Positions 1 to 10,400 of a stretch of DNA of 64,000 nt are shown here, in pieces (position 1 is the stretch's first letter; the number at the start of each line of letters is the position of its first letter). The DNA is from Antedon mediterranea (Eukaryota; Animalia; Echinodermata): positions 18,352,001 to 18,416,000 of the forward strand of contig NC_092671.1 in NCBI RefSeq assembly GCF_964355755.1. The letters are read 5' to 3'. The notes under the pieces are model-generated. The model searched no databases and was not told the DNA's origin. It saw only the letters and a list, made by a program, of their open reading frames with translations. Position numbers and translations under genes: made by a program.

Positions 1-562
1 TAGCTTAGTTTCAAGGTATTTTTGTTAAATATTTTTCTGAGCTTGTTGCCGGCAGGAAAACAATCTTCTACTATAGCTAAAAACTTGTGGCCGATGTTGG
101 TTGCTACGTTTTTGCTGAATGGTGGGTTAAACCAAATTATGTTTCTGGTGCGTGATTTTTTGGGCTTCTGCTGTTCAGCATTGAACTCAAGTTGATGATT
201 GTATCCACTTTCTTTGAGGGCTTCCTGGTATAGGGGTGCAGATGCATGAAATGTATCTTTGTCTGATGAGATGCCAGAAAGGCGTCTATTTATAGCAAGT
301 GGGATGTTTCGGATAATAGATGGAGGATGGTTGCTGTCATGGTGCACGTAGGTTGGTTTGTTATTAGGCTTAGTGAAAGGTTGGAAGATCCCTGTCCTTA
401 GGTCGAACGTTACATCCAAATAATTGACTATTTTCTTGTTAGCTTCAATTGTTAGCTTGAGGTTGTTCTCCTGGAAAATTTTACAAATATCTTTCTTGAT
501 TAGCTCAATCGTTTTGGCTGATTCGCGAAACGCGGCTAGGCCATCGTCGCGGTATAGACCAA
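1..562 (-). mobile_element. Inverted, 5'-truncated second copy of the Penelope-like element (continues off window)
   Basis: 1-562 is the reverse complement of about 1024-1584 with no differences noticed; joined head-to-head to the + copy at about 561-562. Confidence 0.92.
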
Positions 563-2123
563 CCCGACATGTAGATTAATCAACCCATCGAAATCAGAAA
601 TCGGCATCGTAAGTAAACAAATCCTTGAAAGAATAAATAAGAAAATAATAGCGTCTACAGGATTAAATCAATGGAAGAACACTAATTCTGTTATCGAATG
701 GTATAAGAACATTCAAAACAAGGATAAGCACTCGTTTATTTGCTTCGACATAGTTGACTTCTACCCGTCAATAACCAGTGACCTACTTAAAAAAGCCCTT
801 GAATTCGCCTCCAAGTTTGAAGCAATCTCCGATGAAGAAACAAATATTATTATCCAAGCAAAAAAGTCACTCCTTTTCCATGATAACGCTACATGGTGCA
901 AAAAAGGAACTGAAAACCAACCTGTGTTTGACGTCACAATGGGAAGCTTTGATGGTGCTGAAACCTGTGAAATCGTAGGTACATATCTTTTGTCGCAACT
1001 GTCTAACAAATATGGCAACCAAATTGGTCTATACCGCGACGATGGCCTAGCCGCGTTTCGCGAATCAGCCAAAACGATTGAGCTAATCAAGAAAGATATT
1101 TGTAAAATTTTCCAGGAGAACAACCTCAAGCTAACAATTGAAGCTAACAAGAAAATAGTCAATTATTTGGATGTAACGTTCGACCTAAGGACAGGGATCT
1201 TCCAACCTTTCACTAAGCCTAATAACAAACCAACCTACGTGCACCATGACAGCAACCATCCTCCATCTATTATCCGAAACATCCCACTTGCTATAAATAG
1301 ACGCCTTTCTGGCATCTCATCAGACAAAGATACATTTCATGCATCTGCACCCCTATACCAGGAAGCCCTCAAAGAAAGTGGATACAATCATCAACTTGAG
1401 TTCAATGCTGAACAGCAGAAGCCCAAAAAATCACGCACCAGAAACATAATTTGGTTTAACCCACCATTCAGCAAAAACGTAGCAACCAACATCGGCCACA
1501 AGTTTTTAGCTATAGTAGAAGATTGTTTTCCTGCCGGCAACAAGCTCAGAAAAATATTTAACAAAAATACCTTGAAACTAAGCTATAGTTGCATGCCCAG
1601 CGTAGACAAAGTAATTAACGCACACAACAAATATGTGATAGCCAAAGAAAAGCCTACTGAAACCAACGCGAAAACAAGCGGATGTAACTGCCGCAATCCC
1701 AATGAATGCCCGCTCCCAGGTAACTGCCTAACAAAAGGTGTAGTTTACCAAGCTACAGTAAAGAGAGAAGATTCATCAAAAGAAGAAACATATGTCGGAC
1801 TAACTGAAAACCAGTTTAAAACTAGATACAGAAACCATACGTCTTCATTCCGGAACGAAAAATTAAGAAGTGCAACGGAACTCAGTAAATATATATGGAC
1901 ACTTAAAGACTCTAAAACAAATTACTCAATTAAATGGAAAATTATAAAGAAATGCAAACCTTACTCAAATATTAACAAAAGATGTAATTTATGTATATAT
2001 GAAAAGTATGTTATTATATGTCAACCAGAGCTATGCTCACTGAACCGTAAGAACGAGTTAGTCTCTACTTGTAGACATAGGAAAAAATTCTTACTAAATT
2101 GCAGATCCAAACAGTTTATCTAA
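561..2123 (+). CDS. Penelope-like RT-endonuclease ORF (N-terminally truncated; frame open from 561, upstream of the listed 924 start)
   Basis: Manual translation 561-923 ([15 protein letters not shown]...NQPV) is stop-free and in frame with ORF 924-2123. Confidence 0.85.
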   Translation, partial: NPTCRLINPSKSEIGIVSKQILERINKKIIASTGLNQWKNTNSVIEWYKNIQNKDKHSFICFDIVDFYPSITSDLLKKALEFASKFEAISDEETNIIIQAKKSLLFHDNATWCKKGTENQPVFDVTMGSFDGAETCEIVGTYLLSQLSNKYGNQIGLYRDDGLAAFRESAKTIELIKKDICKIFQENNLKLTIEANKKIVNYLDVTFDLRTGIFQPFTKPNNKPTYVHHDSNHPPSIIRNIPLAINRRLSGISSDKDTFHASAPLYQEALKESGYNHQLEFNAEQQKPKKSRTRNIIWFNPPFSKNVATNIGHKFLAIVEDCFPAGNKLRKIFNKNTLKLSYSCMPSVDKVINAHNKYVIAKEKPTETNAKTSGCNCRNPNECPLPGNCLTKGVVYQATVKREDSSKEETYVGLTENQFKTRYRNHTSSFRNEKLRSATELSKYIWTLKDSKTNYSIKWKIIKKCKPYSNINKRCNLCIYEKYVIICQPELCSLNRKNELVSTCRHRKKFLLNCRSKQFI

Positions 2124-2207
2124 AACAATAGGCTATTGTATACGACTTCCCGATGACTCACTTCTATTAAGCACTATGAGACAACTGTGTCACTTATGTT
2201 TTATATT

Positions 2208-2263
2208 TCACCTGAAGAGTGCAGCCAGCTACATGCTGGTCGTACGAAACAAATTTGTAGTGA
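2208..2263 (+). ncRNA. Type I hammerhead ribozyme in Penelope 3' UTR
   Basis: TCAC-CTGAAGA-(GTGC..GCCAGC TACAT GCTGGT..GTAC)-GAAA-CAAATTTG-TA-GTGA: full core, stems I-III, palindromic stem III, GUA cleavage triplet. Confidence 0.88.
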
Positions 2264-2303
2264 TTAAAACAATGAAGTAACCAAGTTTTCTGCTGTTATT
2301 TTA

Positions 2304-2364
<61 letters not shown>

Positions 2365-2472
2365 CATACTGTAAATTATAGAAACAGTGCTCATATTCGG
2401 AACATGATCTCATAATCGCGTCGAGCATAGCTCATTGGCGAAAGTTCCATATTTTTTAGTTGTATGAAAAAA

Positions 2473-2544
2473 TGTCTCTGGCTGGATTCGAACCTGCAAC
2501 CTCTCGCTTACAGGGCGAGTATCATACCACTAGACCACAGAGCC
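2473..2544 (-). tRNA. tRNA-like (pseudo) core, tRNA-Pro-like body with TGT anticodon
   Basis: 72-nt cloverleaf, A box TGGTCTAGTGG, B box GGTTCGAATCC, followed by T6; mismatches in acceptor and T stems, C at position 33. Confidence 0.65.
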
Positions 2545-2862
2545 ATGTTCGAATCCAGCCAGAGACATTTTTTCATACAACTAAAAAATATGGAAATTTC
2601 GCCAATGAGCTATGCTCGACGCGATTATGAGATCATGTTCCGAATATGAGCACTGTTTCTATAATTTACAGTATGATTTATATATAATTTACACAGTGCT
2701 ACGCAACATCATTGATTTACATATACACAATATTATTTAAAAAACCGTTGCGAATTAAAGTTGGAATTTATTCTGACTTGTTAAGCCTCCACTGATTGTG
2801 AGGGCGTTTGTTGTATGAGAGAATGTATCTGGTGGGTGAAAATCTGTGATAATACCATACAT

Positions 2863-2934
2863 GGCTCTGTGGTCTAGGGGTATGATACTCGCCCTGTAAG
2901 CGAGAAGTTGCAGGTTCGAATCCAGCCAGAGACA
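2863..2934 (+). tRNA. tRNA-like (pseudo) core, TGT anticodon
   Basis: Same 72-nt cloverleaf; anticodon arm CTCGC-CCTGTAA-GCGAG; T6 terminator directly after. Confidence 0.65.
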
Positions 2935-3229
2935 TTTTTTCATACAACTAAAAAATATGGAACTTTCGCCAATGAGCTATGCTCGACGCGATTATGAGAT
3001 CATGTTCCGAATATGAGCACTGTTTCTATAATTTACAGTATGATTTATATATAATTTACACAGTGCTACGCAACATCATTGATTTACATATACACAATAT
3101 TATTTAAAAAACCGTTGCGAATTAAAGTTGGAATTTATTCTGACTTGTTAAGCCTCCACTGATTGTGAGGGCGTTTGTTGTATGAGAGAATGTATCTGGT
3201 GGGTGAAAATCTGTGATAATACCATACAT

Positions 3230-3301
3230 GGCTCTGTGGTCTAGGGGTATGATACTCGCCCTGTAAGCGAGAAGTTGCAGGTTCGAATCCAGCCAGAGAC
3301 A
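3230..3301 (+). tRNA. tRNA-like (pseudo) core, TGT anticodon
   Basis: Copy 2 of the array core. Confidence 0.65.
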
Positions 3302-3596
3302 TTTTTTCATACAACTAAAAAATATGGAACTTTCGCCAATGAGCTATGCTCGACGCGATTATGAGATCATGTTCCGAATATGAGCACTGTTTCTATAATT
3401 TACAGTATGATTTATATATAATTTACACAGTGCTACGCAACATCATTGATTTACATATACACAATATTATTTAAAAAACCGTTGCGAATTAAAGTTGGAA
3501 TTTATTCTGACTTGTTAAGCCTCCACTGATTGCGAGGGCGTTTGTTGTATGAGAGAATGTATCTGGTGGGTGAAAATCTGTGATAATACCATACAT

Positions 3597-3668
3597 GGCT
3601 CTGTGGTCTAGTGGTATGATACTCGCCCTGTAAGCGAGAGGTTGCAGGTTCGAATCCAGCCAGAGACA
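3597..3668 (+). tRNA. tRNA-like (pseudo) core, TGT anticodon
   Basis: Copy 3 of the array core. Confidence 0.65.
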
Positions 3669-3963
3669 TTTTTTCATACAACTAAAAAATATGGAACTTT
3701 CGCCAATGAGCTATGCTCGACGCGATTATGAGATCATGTTCCGAATATGAGCACTGTTTCTATAATTTACAGTATGATTTATATATAATTTACACAGTGC
3801 TACGCAACATCATTGATTTACATATACACAATATTATTTAAAAAACCGTTGCGAATTAAAGTTGGAATTTATTCTGACTTGTTAAGCCTCCACTGATTGT
3901 GAGGGCGTTTGTTGTATGAGAGAATGTATCTGGTGGGTGAAAATCTGTGATAATACCATACAT

Positions 3964-4035
3964 GGCTCTGTGGTCTAGTGGTATGATACTTGCCCTGTAA
4001 GCGAGAGGTTGCAGGTTCGAATCCAGCCAGAGACA
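3964..4035 (+). tRNA. tRNA-like (pseudo) core, TGT anticodon
   Basis: Copy 4 of the array core. Confidence 0.65.
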
Positions 4036-4182
4036 TTTTTTCATACAACTAACAAATATGGAACTTTCGCCAATGAGCTATGCTCGACGCGATTATGAGA
4101 TCATGTTCCGAATATGAGCACTGTTTCTATAATTTACAGTATGATTTATATATAATTTACACAGTGCTACGCAACATCATTG

Positions 4183-4240
<58 letters not shown>

Positions 4241-4302
4241 AAATCAGGCAAAGAACATATATATCATAATATTATATATAATAATATACAATGCCAACAT
4301 AC

Positions 4303-4483
4303 CGTAACACTTAAAGCCATCTCCCTGCAATCCGCTGGGGCAGTCTGCACATGTTGCATTTACTTCTGGAGCAAGGTTGTCCTGGCAAATGACCCCAGGG
4401 TGGCACGGTTCATCCATACATGCATCGTAATCAATAGAACAATCAAATCCTGTCCACGCAGCTGAACAGATACATTGCACAAC
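4303..4483 (-). CDS. Exon 22: EGF domains
   Basis: CICSAAWTGFDCSIDYDACMDEPCHPGVIC...CPSGLQGDGFKC; 181 nt; the following intron runs off the window. Confidence 0.88.
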
Positions 4484-7400
4484 CTGTATAAATCAATCAA
4501 TATTTTTCCAAAATGGTGGCGTCACCAATAAATCAAATGCTTGTGTAAGTGAAGCCAATACAAAACAGAAACAAGTAAAAAAAAACCATATATATATATA
4601 TAAATCCAGAGACACACACAAAAAGTGAAAAGTTAAATCAAAACGATAAAGTAAAACAACCAGAAAAGTTAGCAGAGTTTCGGGCAACACTAGCCCTTCA
4701 ATAACTTGTATGTATGATAAGGAAATAACTGGAAGCTCAAATTCATCAGTAGAAGAGTTATGTATACATTTTTCAAATAATGAATAATAGAATATTTCAC
4801 GAGTTGAAAAATTAGTATATTTAACGAGGCGAAGCAGAGTTAAGTAGAGCACTCAATCTTTCATAAAATAAGATATTCATTTCATTCATATCGTCTTAAC
4901 ATAAGTAACATAAAATTATATTATACAATAATAAAAAAAACATTAACTTTTCAAAGTATGAATAATTACCTAATCAAATTACAGGAATATTATCAGGTGT
5001 GTTATAAAAATATATGAATTGTTTATGCTTTATATGCAGGCTCTCTGTGCACTGTACATAAACTGAAGGAAAGAGGAAACTGTCAAGTCTTCAGTTGGGT
5101 CTTAAAAAGGTTAATTAAATGTATCACATTTTTATACATTTCGAATGTTACAATAAAGATTACAATAATTACTGAATATATATAAAACAGAAGTGTATCA
5201 AGATAAAATGTTCTTTTGTAATATACCAAAATATAATATCATACCGCAAACTTGTCATTATTGATATCGGATCCCTCGACTAGATTGTTAAAATCACATT
5301 GTCCGCCGTTTACGCAGCCACACAGATACACTTCCATTGTGATGCTGACGCTTTGTGCGCCATCACTGACTTCAATCGTGATGTTTACATTATCAACAGT
5401 AGTTGGTGTCCAGGTAAACAATCCAGCTGGTTAAACAACAACAAATAGATTATAAATTTAAAATAAAAAGTGTTGATCCCTCAAAACATTAACAAATAAA
5501 TATGTATAAAATCAAACATTAAATAGGATATTTTGAAGTTTTGATCAAGTTATTCACTTACTTCATTTCATTTCTTTATTCAAATTTAAAAAAAAATAAC
5601 ATTATAAAACAGTACAGGAATGAATTCAGGGTAGCGCAAAAAAGTAACCAATGGTCAACTTATTTCCATTGTGGCCTTACGCAAAAAAAAAAAATCTGTT
5701 ACAATAGACAAAATTCCATCAAAAACCTGTTGTCTGGTTCTTTAAATTATGATTTGTCAGGTAAATAATTCGTAAATTATTATATTTCAAAAGTTAGAAA
5801 GCCATCAAATTAAGCTTAAGTTTTTAAGCATGCGGCACCAATTTCACTGATAATATACAACCTACATTCTAGTATAAAAAGGGCTTTAGATATAAAAGCA
5901 GATGATATTATTACATATTATAGATAGAAGTATATATAAGCATAATTATATACAAGTATATACAGTATAAGTATATAAGTATATACAAGTATATATAAGT
6001 ATATAAAAGTATATTTAAGAAACTATTATATATATATATATATATAAATCCAAAGGCAAATTACTGAAAAAATGACAATGCTGTGGGTATCAGTGGCTGG
6101 ATCTCAATAGAGATACAACATAAAAGCGAAAAGCTAAATCAAAACGAGAAGTAAAACAGCCAGAAAAGTTATATATATATATATATTACTTGAGTTATCA
6201 ATCTGAATTTCAGGGTATTCCATTTGTGTTGAGTACGTCAAAATATCATCCTTTTCATCACTTGCCGAAACCTGTAGTCGCACCGTTCGGTTTAATAATA
6301 CATACAGCTTGGTATTGTTCTGTAAAACTGAATAACTGCTCATGTCGTCGACAGAATTTAATACTGGTGGTATATTTTCTGAATAAAATAAAATCATACA
6401 TAATCATCATCATACTGTACATTTTCACCAATATCACTTTTATTCATCATCATCATAAAAAATATATGTATTAATCAACATTATTTTGACTATTTAAATA
6501 TTACATAAGGTAAGTTTGTTTATATACATGTAATGGTAAAGATATAAACATTTAAATTCAAGTTTAGAAATGACTTCACATAAATAATAGTAAAAACGTA
6601 CATACATAGTAAATAAATTTATTATTTGTTCTTATTTATTATTCTTAAATTTTTAAAGTTTAAGATTGTTTGATTTGAGAAAGTAGTTGAACGTCATGAC
6701 GATTTTATCATGTTTTATTGTTATTACAAGCTTTAAAAAATATAATTTATATGGTAAAATATTCTAAATGTTTGAAACTTTGAAAACAAAAAGTCACCCA
6801 AAACAGGAAAAAATATATATATTATACCTAATGTGGTTTGATCCTGTAGATTGGTTTCTTCAGTATTTCTAGTGCTCATACCAATTGCAAGATTTTGCGT
6901 TGCTAAGGCATCAAACAAACATTCCTTATTGCCCTCACACGTGTCTTCTGCTTGTTGCAGAAAGGCAGGGTCTGCGTTAGATTGTAAAACATCTAAAAAC
7001 ACTGGTTGAAAATCAGGATCATTGAAATCTGCAAAACTTTGTCCATCCGGATAAACAAATGCGGATTCGTCTTCTGTTATATTCCCTAGGAAAACATTCA
7101 CATTTATTAACTTTAAATTAATGATGTATTGACAACACAAACATGAACAATAAACGTTGTAGTATTTATAAAATCATTAACTTTAAATAAATGGTGGTTT
7201 CGTCTCGGTATTAGTCTCAAGATCATTAATATTTTGAACCATGCTTCTCAGCACAGTCAATATTTGTATATTATATTGAGGCAATATAAAGTAAAAGAAA
7301 GACAACAAAAACGTTGTTGTTAATCACAGGTTATTAATGTACAGTAAACTTACAAGTTATGGCGTAATCAAATATCTCTGACTCTGTCAAATTTCTGTTG

Positions 7401-10400
7401 GTTGCATTAAGACAATTGTTGCCATATCGTGTACAGACTTCATCACTTAGTAGACCATTCCAAACACCTGAAAAAAAAAACAGTGGTGCACAAACAATAT
7501 TATAAATTTGTAAGTAATGTGTATTACAATGAATTCTTGTGAATGTATTTACTGTTTGATACTGAATGTGAATGAACGTTGGTCAGCGCTTAACACACAT
7601 AGGAGTGGAGTTGTGGCTTGGTGGTTATGATGCTTGACTACACTCCAAGGGTCCTGGGTTGAAGTCACGTCACATGTCAGAATTTTGTCTAAGGACAAAA
7701 GTACAACTCCAATCCAAAAAAAAACCTCTCCAGCCTGTGAATTTTGCTATTGTTTCTAGCTTTCACACCAGTCCCACCCAATTTCACTTATAGTCCCAGT
7801 TTCCTAAAGACGATATATCGTAACGATAATAAGTATATCAATCGAAACGTTCTTTTCAGAACTATATATACGTGGTGTAGAGTAAACTTTTTATCATTAT
7901 ATGATAAAATAAATTATTTAAATTAATAGTTTAAACTGTTTTCCTTACCAAACAATCCTGATGTTTGGGTTTTGTATTTTTCATCAAAATTAAATACGAT
8001 ATCCAGCATCTGTTGATTAACTGCCACTCCAAAAGATAAGTCTGTGCTCCATGTAGCGTACGTACGGTTTACAGCCACCAAACCTATTTTCTCTTCATTA
8101 TAAGAAATAGAGAATCCGGGATCTTCTGAGGGCGTGTAACCTAAATAAAGTAGACATCATAATAACAGTAACAGTAGCAGCAACAATAACAATAATATCG
8201 AACATTTATAAAGCGCTCTTTACCGGGGTCTCACAGCGCAACATGAAAAGAATAACTATTGAAATAGACGAGTTTTCAGGAGAGGACGTAGACATAATTA
8301 ATTTTATTCATCATGTTTTTAAAAATATAAGAAAATTGTCCTCTTTGCCAAAATAATAAAATATTTAAACAAATTAAAAATAACCAACAAAGAAATATAA
8401 AAGCAAATTAAAAATACTTATAAAAACAAATTAAAAATATTTATAAAAACAAATTATAAATACTTATAGAAACAAATTAAAATACTTATAAAAACAAATG
8501 AAAAATACTTATAAAAACAAATTAAAAATACTTATAAAAAAAATTTAAAATACTTATAAAAACAAATTAAAAATACTTAAAAAAACAAATTAAAAATACT
8601 TATAAAAACAAATTAAAAATATTTATAAAAACAAATTAAAAATATTTATAAAAACAAATTATAAATACTTATAGAAACAAATTAAAAATATTTATAAAAA
8701 CAAATTATAAATACTTATAAAAACAAATTAAAAATACATATGAAAACAAATTAAAAATACTTATAAAAACAAATTTAAAATATTTATAAAAACAAAATTA
8801 TAAATACTTATAAAAACAAATTAAAAATACTTATGAAAACAAATTAAAAATTACCTCCTCTGATATCGTCAATTGAAAGTTGAATTGTGCCATTCACCAA
8901 TATTTCAATGTCTGTTCCATCAGCATTCAGCGTAAATTGTACCTTGAAATTAATGATATTTAAATTGATTCATGTTGTTCAAAATACTTTGTAACTAATA
9001 TAATAAAGAGGATTAGAAAAGAAGTATTTAAAATCCATCCACCATAATTATATTCCACAAAATTAGGCGGAGAAAATAATAAAAAACAATTATAATAGTT
9101 AATGATTACAACACTTATATTAAAATGATCATGTTATAAACTTATTATTACTGTTAAAAAAGATTCTAACATTACTATAAAGGCCTTCGAAAATGTAGTC
9201 AGAAGATGCTAAGACACCAATTGGTTTTACTTACGAAGGTGTTACTTTCTCCACCAGTGTGTGTACCAACAAAGGCACTGAATATTGTAGCTTGGGCGTT
9301 TGGGTCCGAGATAACACCAGACATTCGGCATTGCAATTGGAACATTCCATTGGCAACATCGACGCAAAGAAACTCTCCTTTACCATTAAACGTGTATCCG
9401 AGTCCATCGAGGGTGGTTATATGTGGATCACCAAACAACCAAGCTGGAATAAAGAGTGTTGTTTGATGAGCAATTCATACATATTTCCTCTATATTGATC
9501 CCTTAATTTTGTGTTATAGAGTAGCTTAAACACACATGCGTTTAGTGAATGATGCATAAATAATCTTGTTTGTAACTATACTGTTCTTTATTATAAACAT
9601 GTGTAAACATAAGCCCGGTCAAACTACGGTTTGACCTAAACAAAATTAGAACATAATTTATTTTTGCTGTAGGTACTTCCCAATCAATCATCTGAACAAC
9701 GGAAACAATTGCTAATTTTCATATACAGTTAACTAAAATGGCTGTTTTCTCTCAATTTTACCAAAATATAGATATTAAATGTGCAGTGCCCAGAGGAAAA
9801 ACAAAGCCGAAAAGGCTATAAACACCCAAGGCCTCCAGCGTTGGAACTTGGAGGGCCACTTAGATTTCCTTAACCAGGGGTCTCAGGTCTCTGCCTGCTT
9901 CCTCGCATTATTCCTCAACATAGTTTGGTGGTTTATAGGACTAGGTGACAAGCGAAAACACATTATTGTGGAGATTGTAGGCCGTGGCAAATTAGAAATT
10001 ACTTACCAAGGAATGGAGGGATATAGTTATCACAGGTGACTGCTGGTCTTCGTTCAAAATACAATCCACATAGATCATTATCTCTTGATTCATAGCAACA
10101 GTAGTATTGAGGCATAATATCATTTTCTGAAATAAAATGTATAGTGCAGTAAAATAATAGTAAAACCACTAGTCTTGGTTCAAAATTACTTTCTCTTAAG
10201 CTCTGTCTACACTATCAAACTTGATGTGACAAAAAATATGATGTGCCGCCCATATATGGACATGATGATGTCATATCACTACCATATTTGGGCATATCAC
10301 AGTTTTTTTGTCAAACTAGTTTGATAGTGTGGACAGAGCTTTTGACGTTTTCTAAAAAAATAATGTATATATTACTTTAAAAACATTAAAACAGATCATT

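Larger units (their letters stand above)
561..2314 (+). mobile_element. Penelope-like retroelement (RT plus C-terminal GIY-YIG; resembles the Hydra clade), 5'-truncated, 3' end in (TA)n
   Basis: RT motifs [42 protein letters not shown]; WFNPPFS; CNCR..CPL; endonuclease VVYQATV..YVGLT..FKTRY.NH; C-terminal CNLC..CRH; hammerhead in 3' UTR; ends at TA tract 2315-2360. Clade is inferred. Confidence 0.88.
2361..4186. repeat. 367-bp tandem array of tRNA-containing units, with an inverted partial copy (2361-2548) and (TA)n on both sides
   Basis: tRNA cores recur at 2863, 3230, 3597, 3964 (period 367); minus copy at 2473-2544; junction at 2547-2548; TA tracts 2315-2360 and 4187-4236. Confidence 0.95.

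Noticed and set aside
2863-4035. Functional tRNA gene cluster (Thr-TGT; also Asp-ATC in array 2)
   Set aside because: Stem mismatches, C33 or A32, body and anticodon identity conflict, and transposon-like insertion geometry; translation function is unlikely but tRNAscan-SE was not run.
2464-4044. Repeated 61-62 aa ORFs (MKKCLWLDSN...), and the 65 aa ORFs at 55543-56832
   Set aside because: They run through tRNA-like cores of non-coding tandem units and show no domain signal.
2361-4186. CRISPR-like array or hammerhead/HDV ribozyme within the 367- and 364-bp units
   Set aside because: Units are near-identical along their length with no unique spacers; I found no CTGANGA...GAAA core on either strand and no convincing HDV fold by eye. 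An Infernal search is needed to exclude atypical ribozymes.
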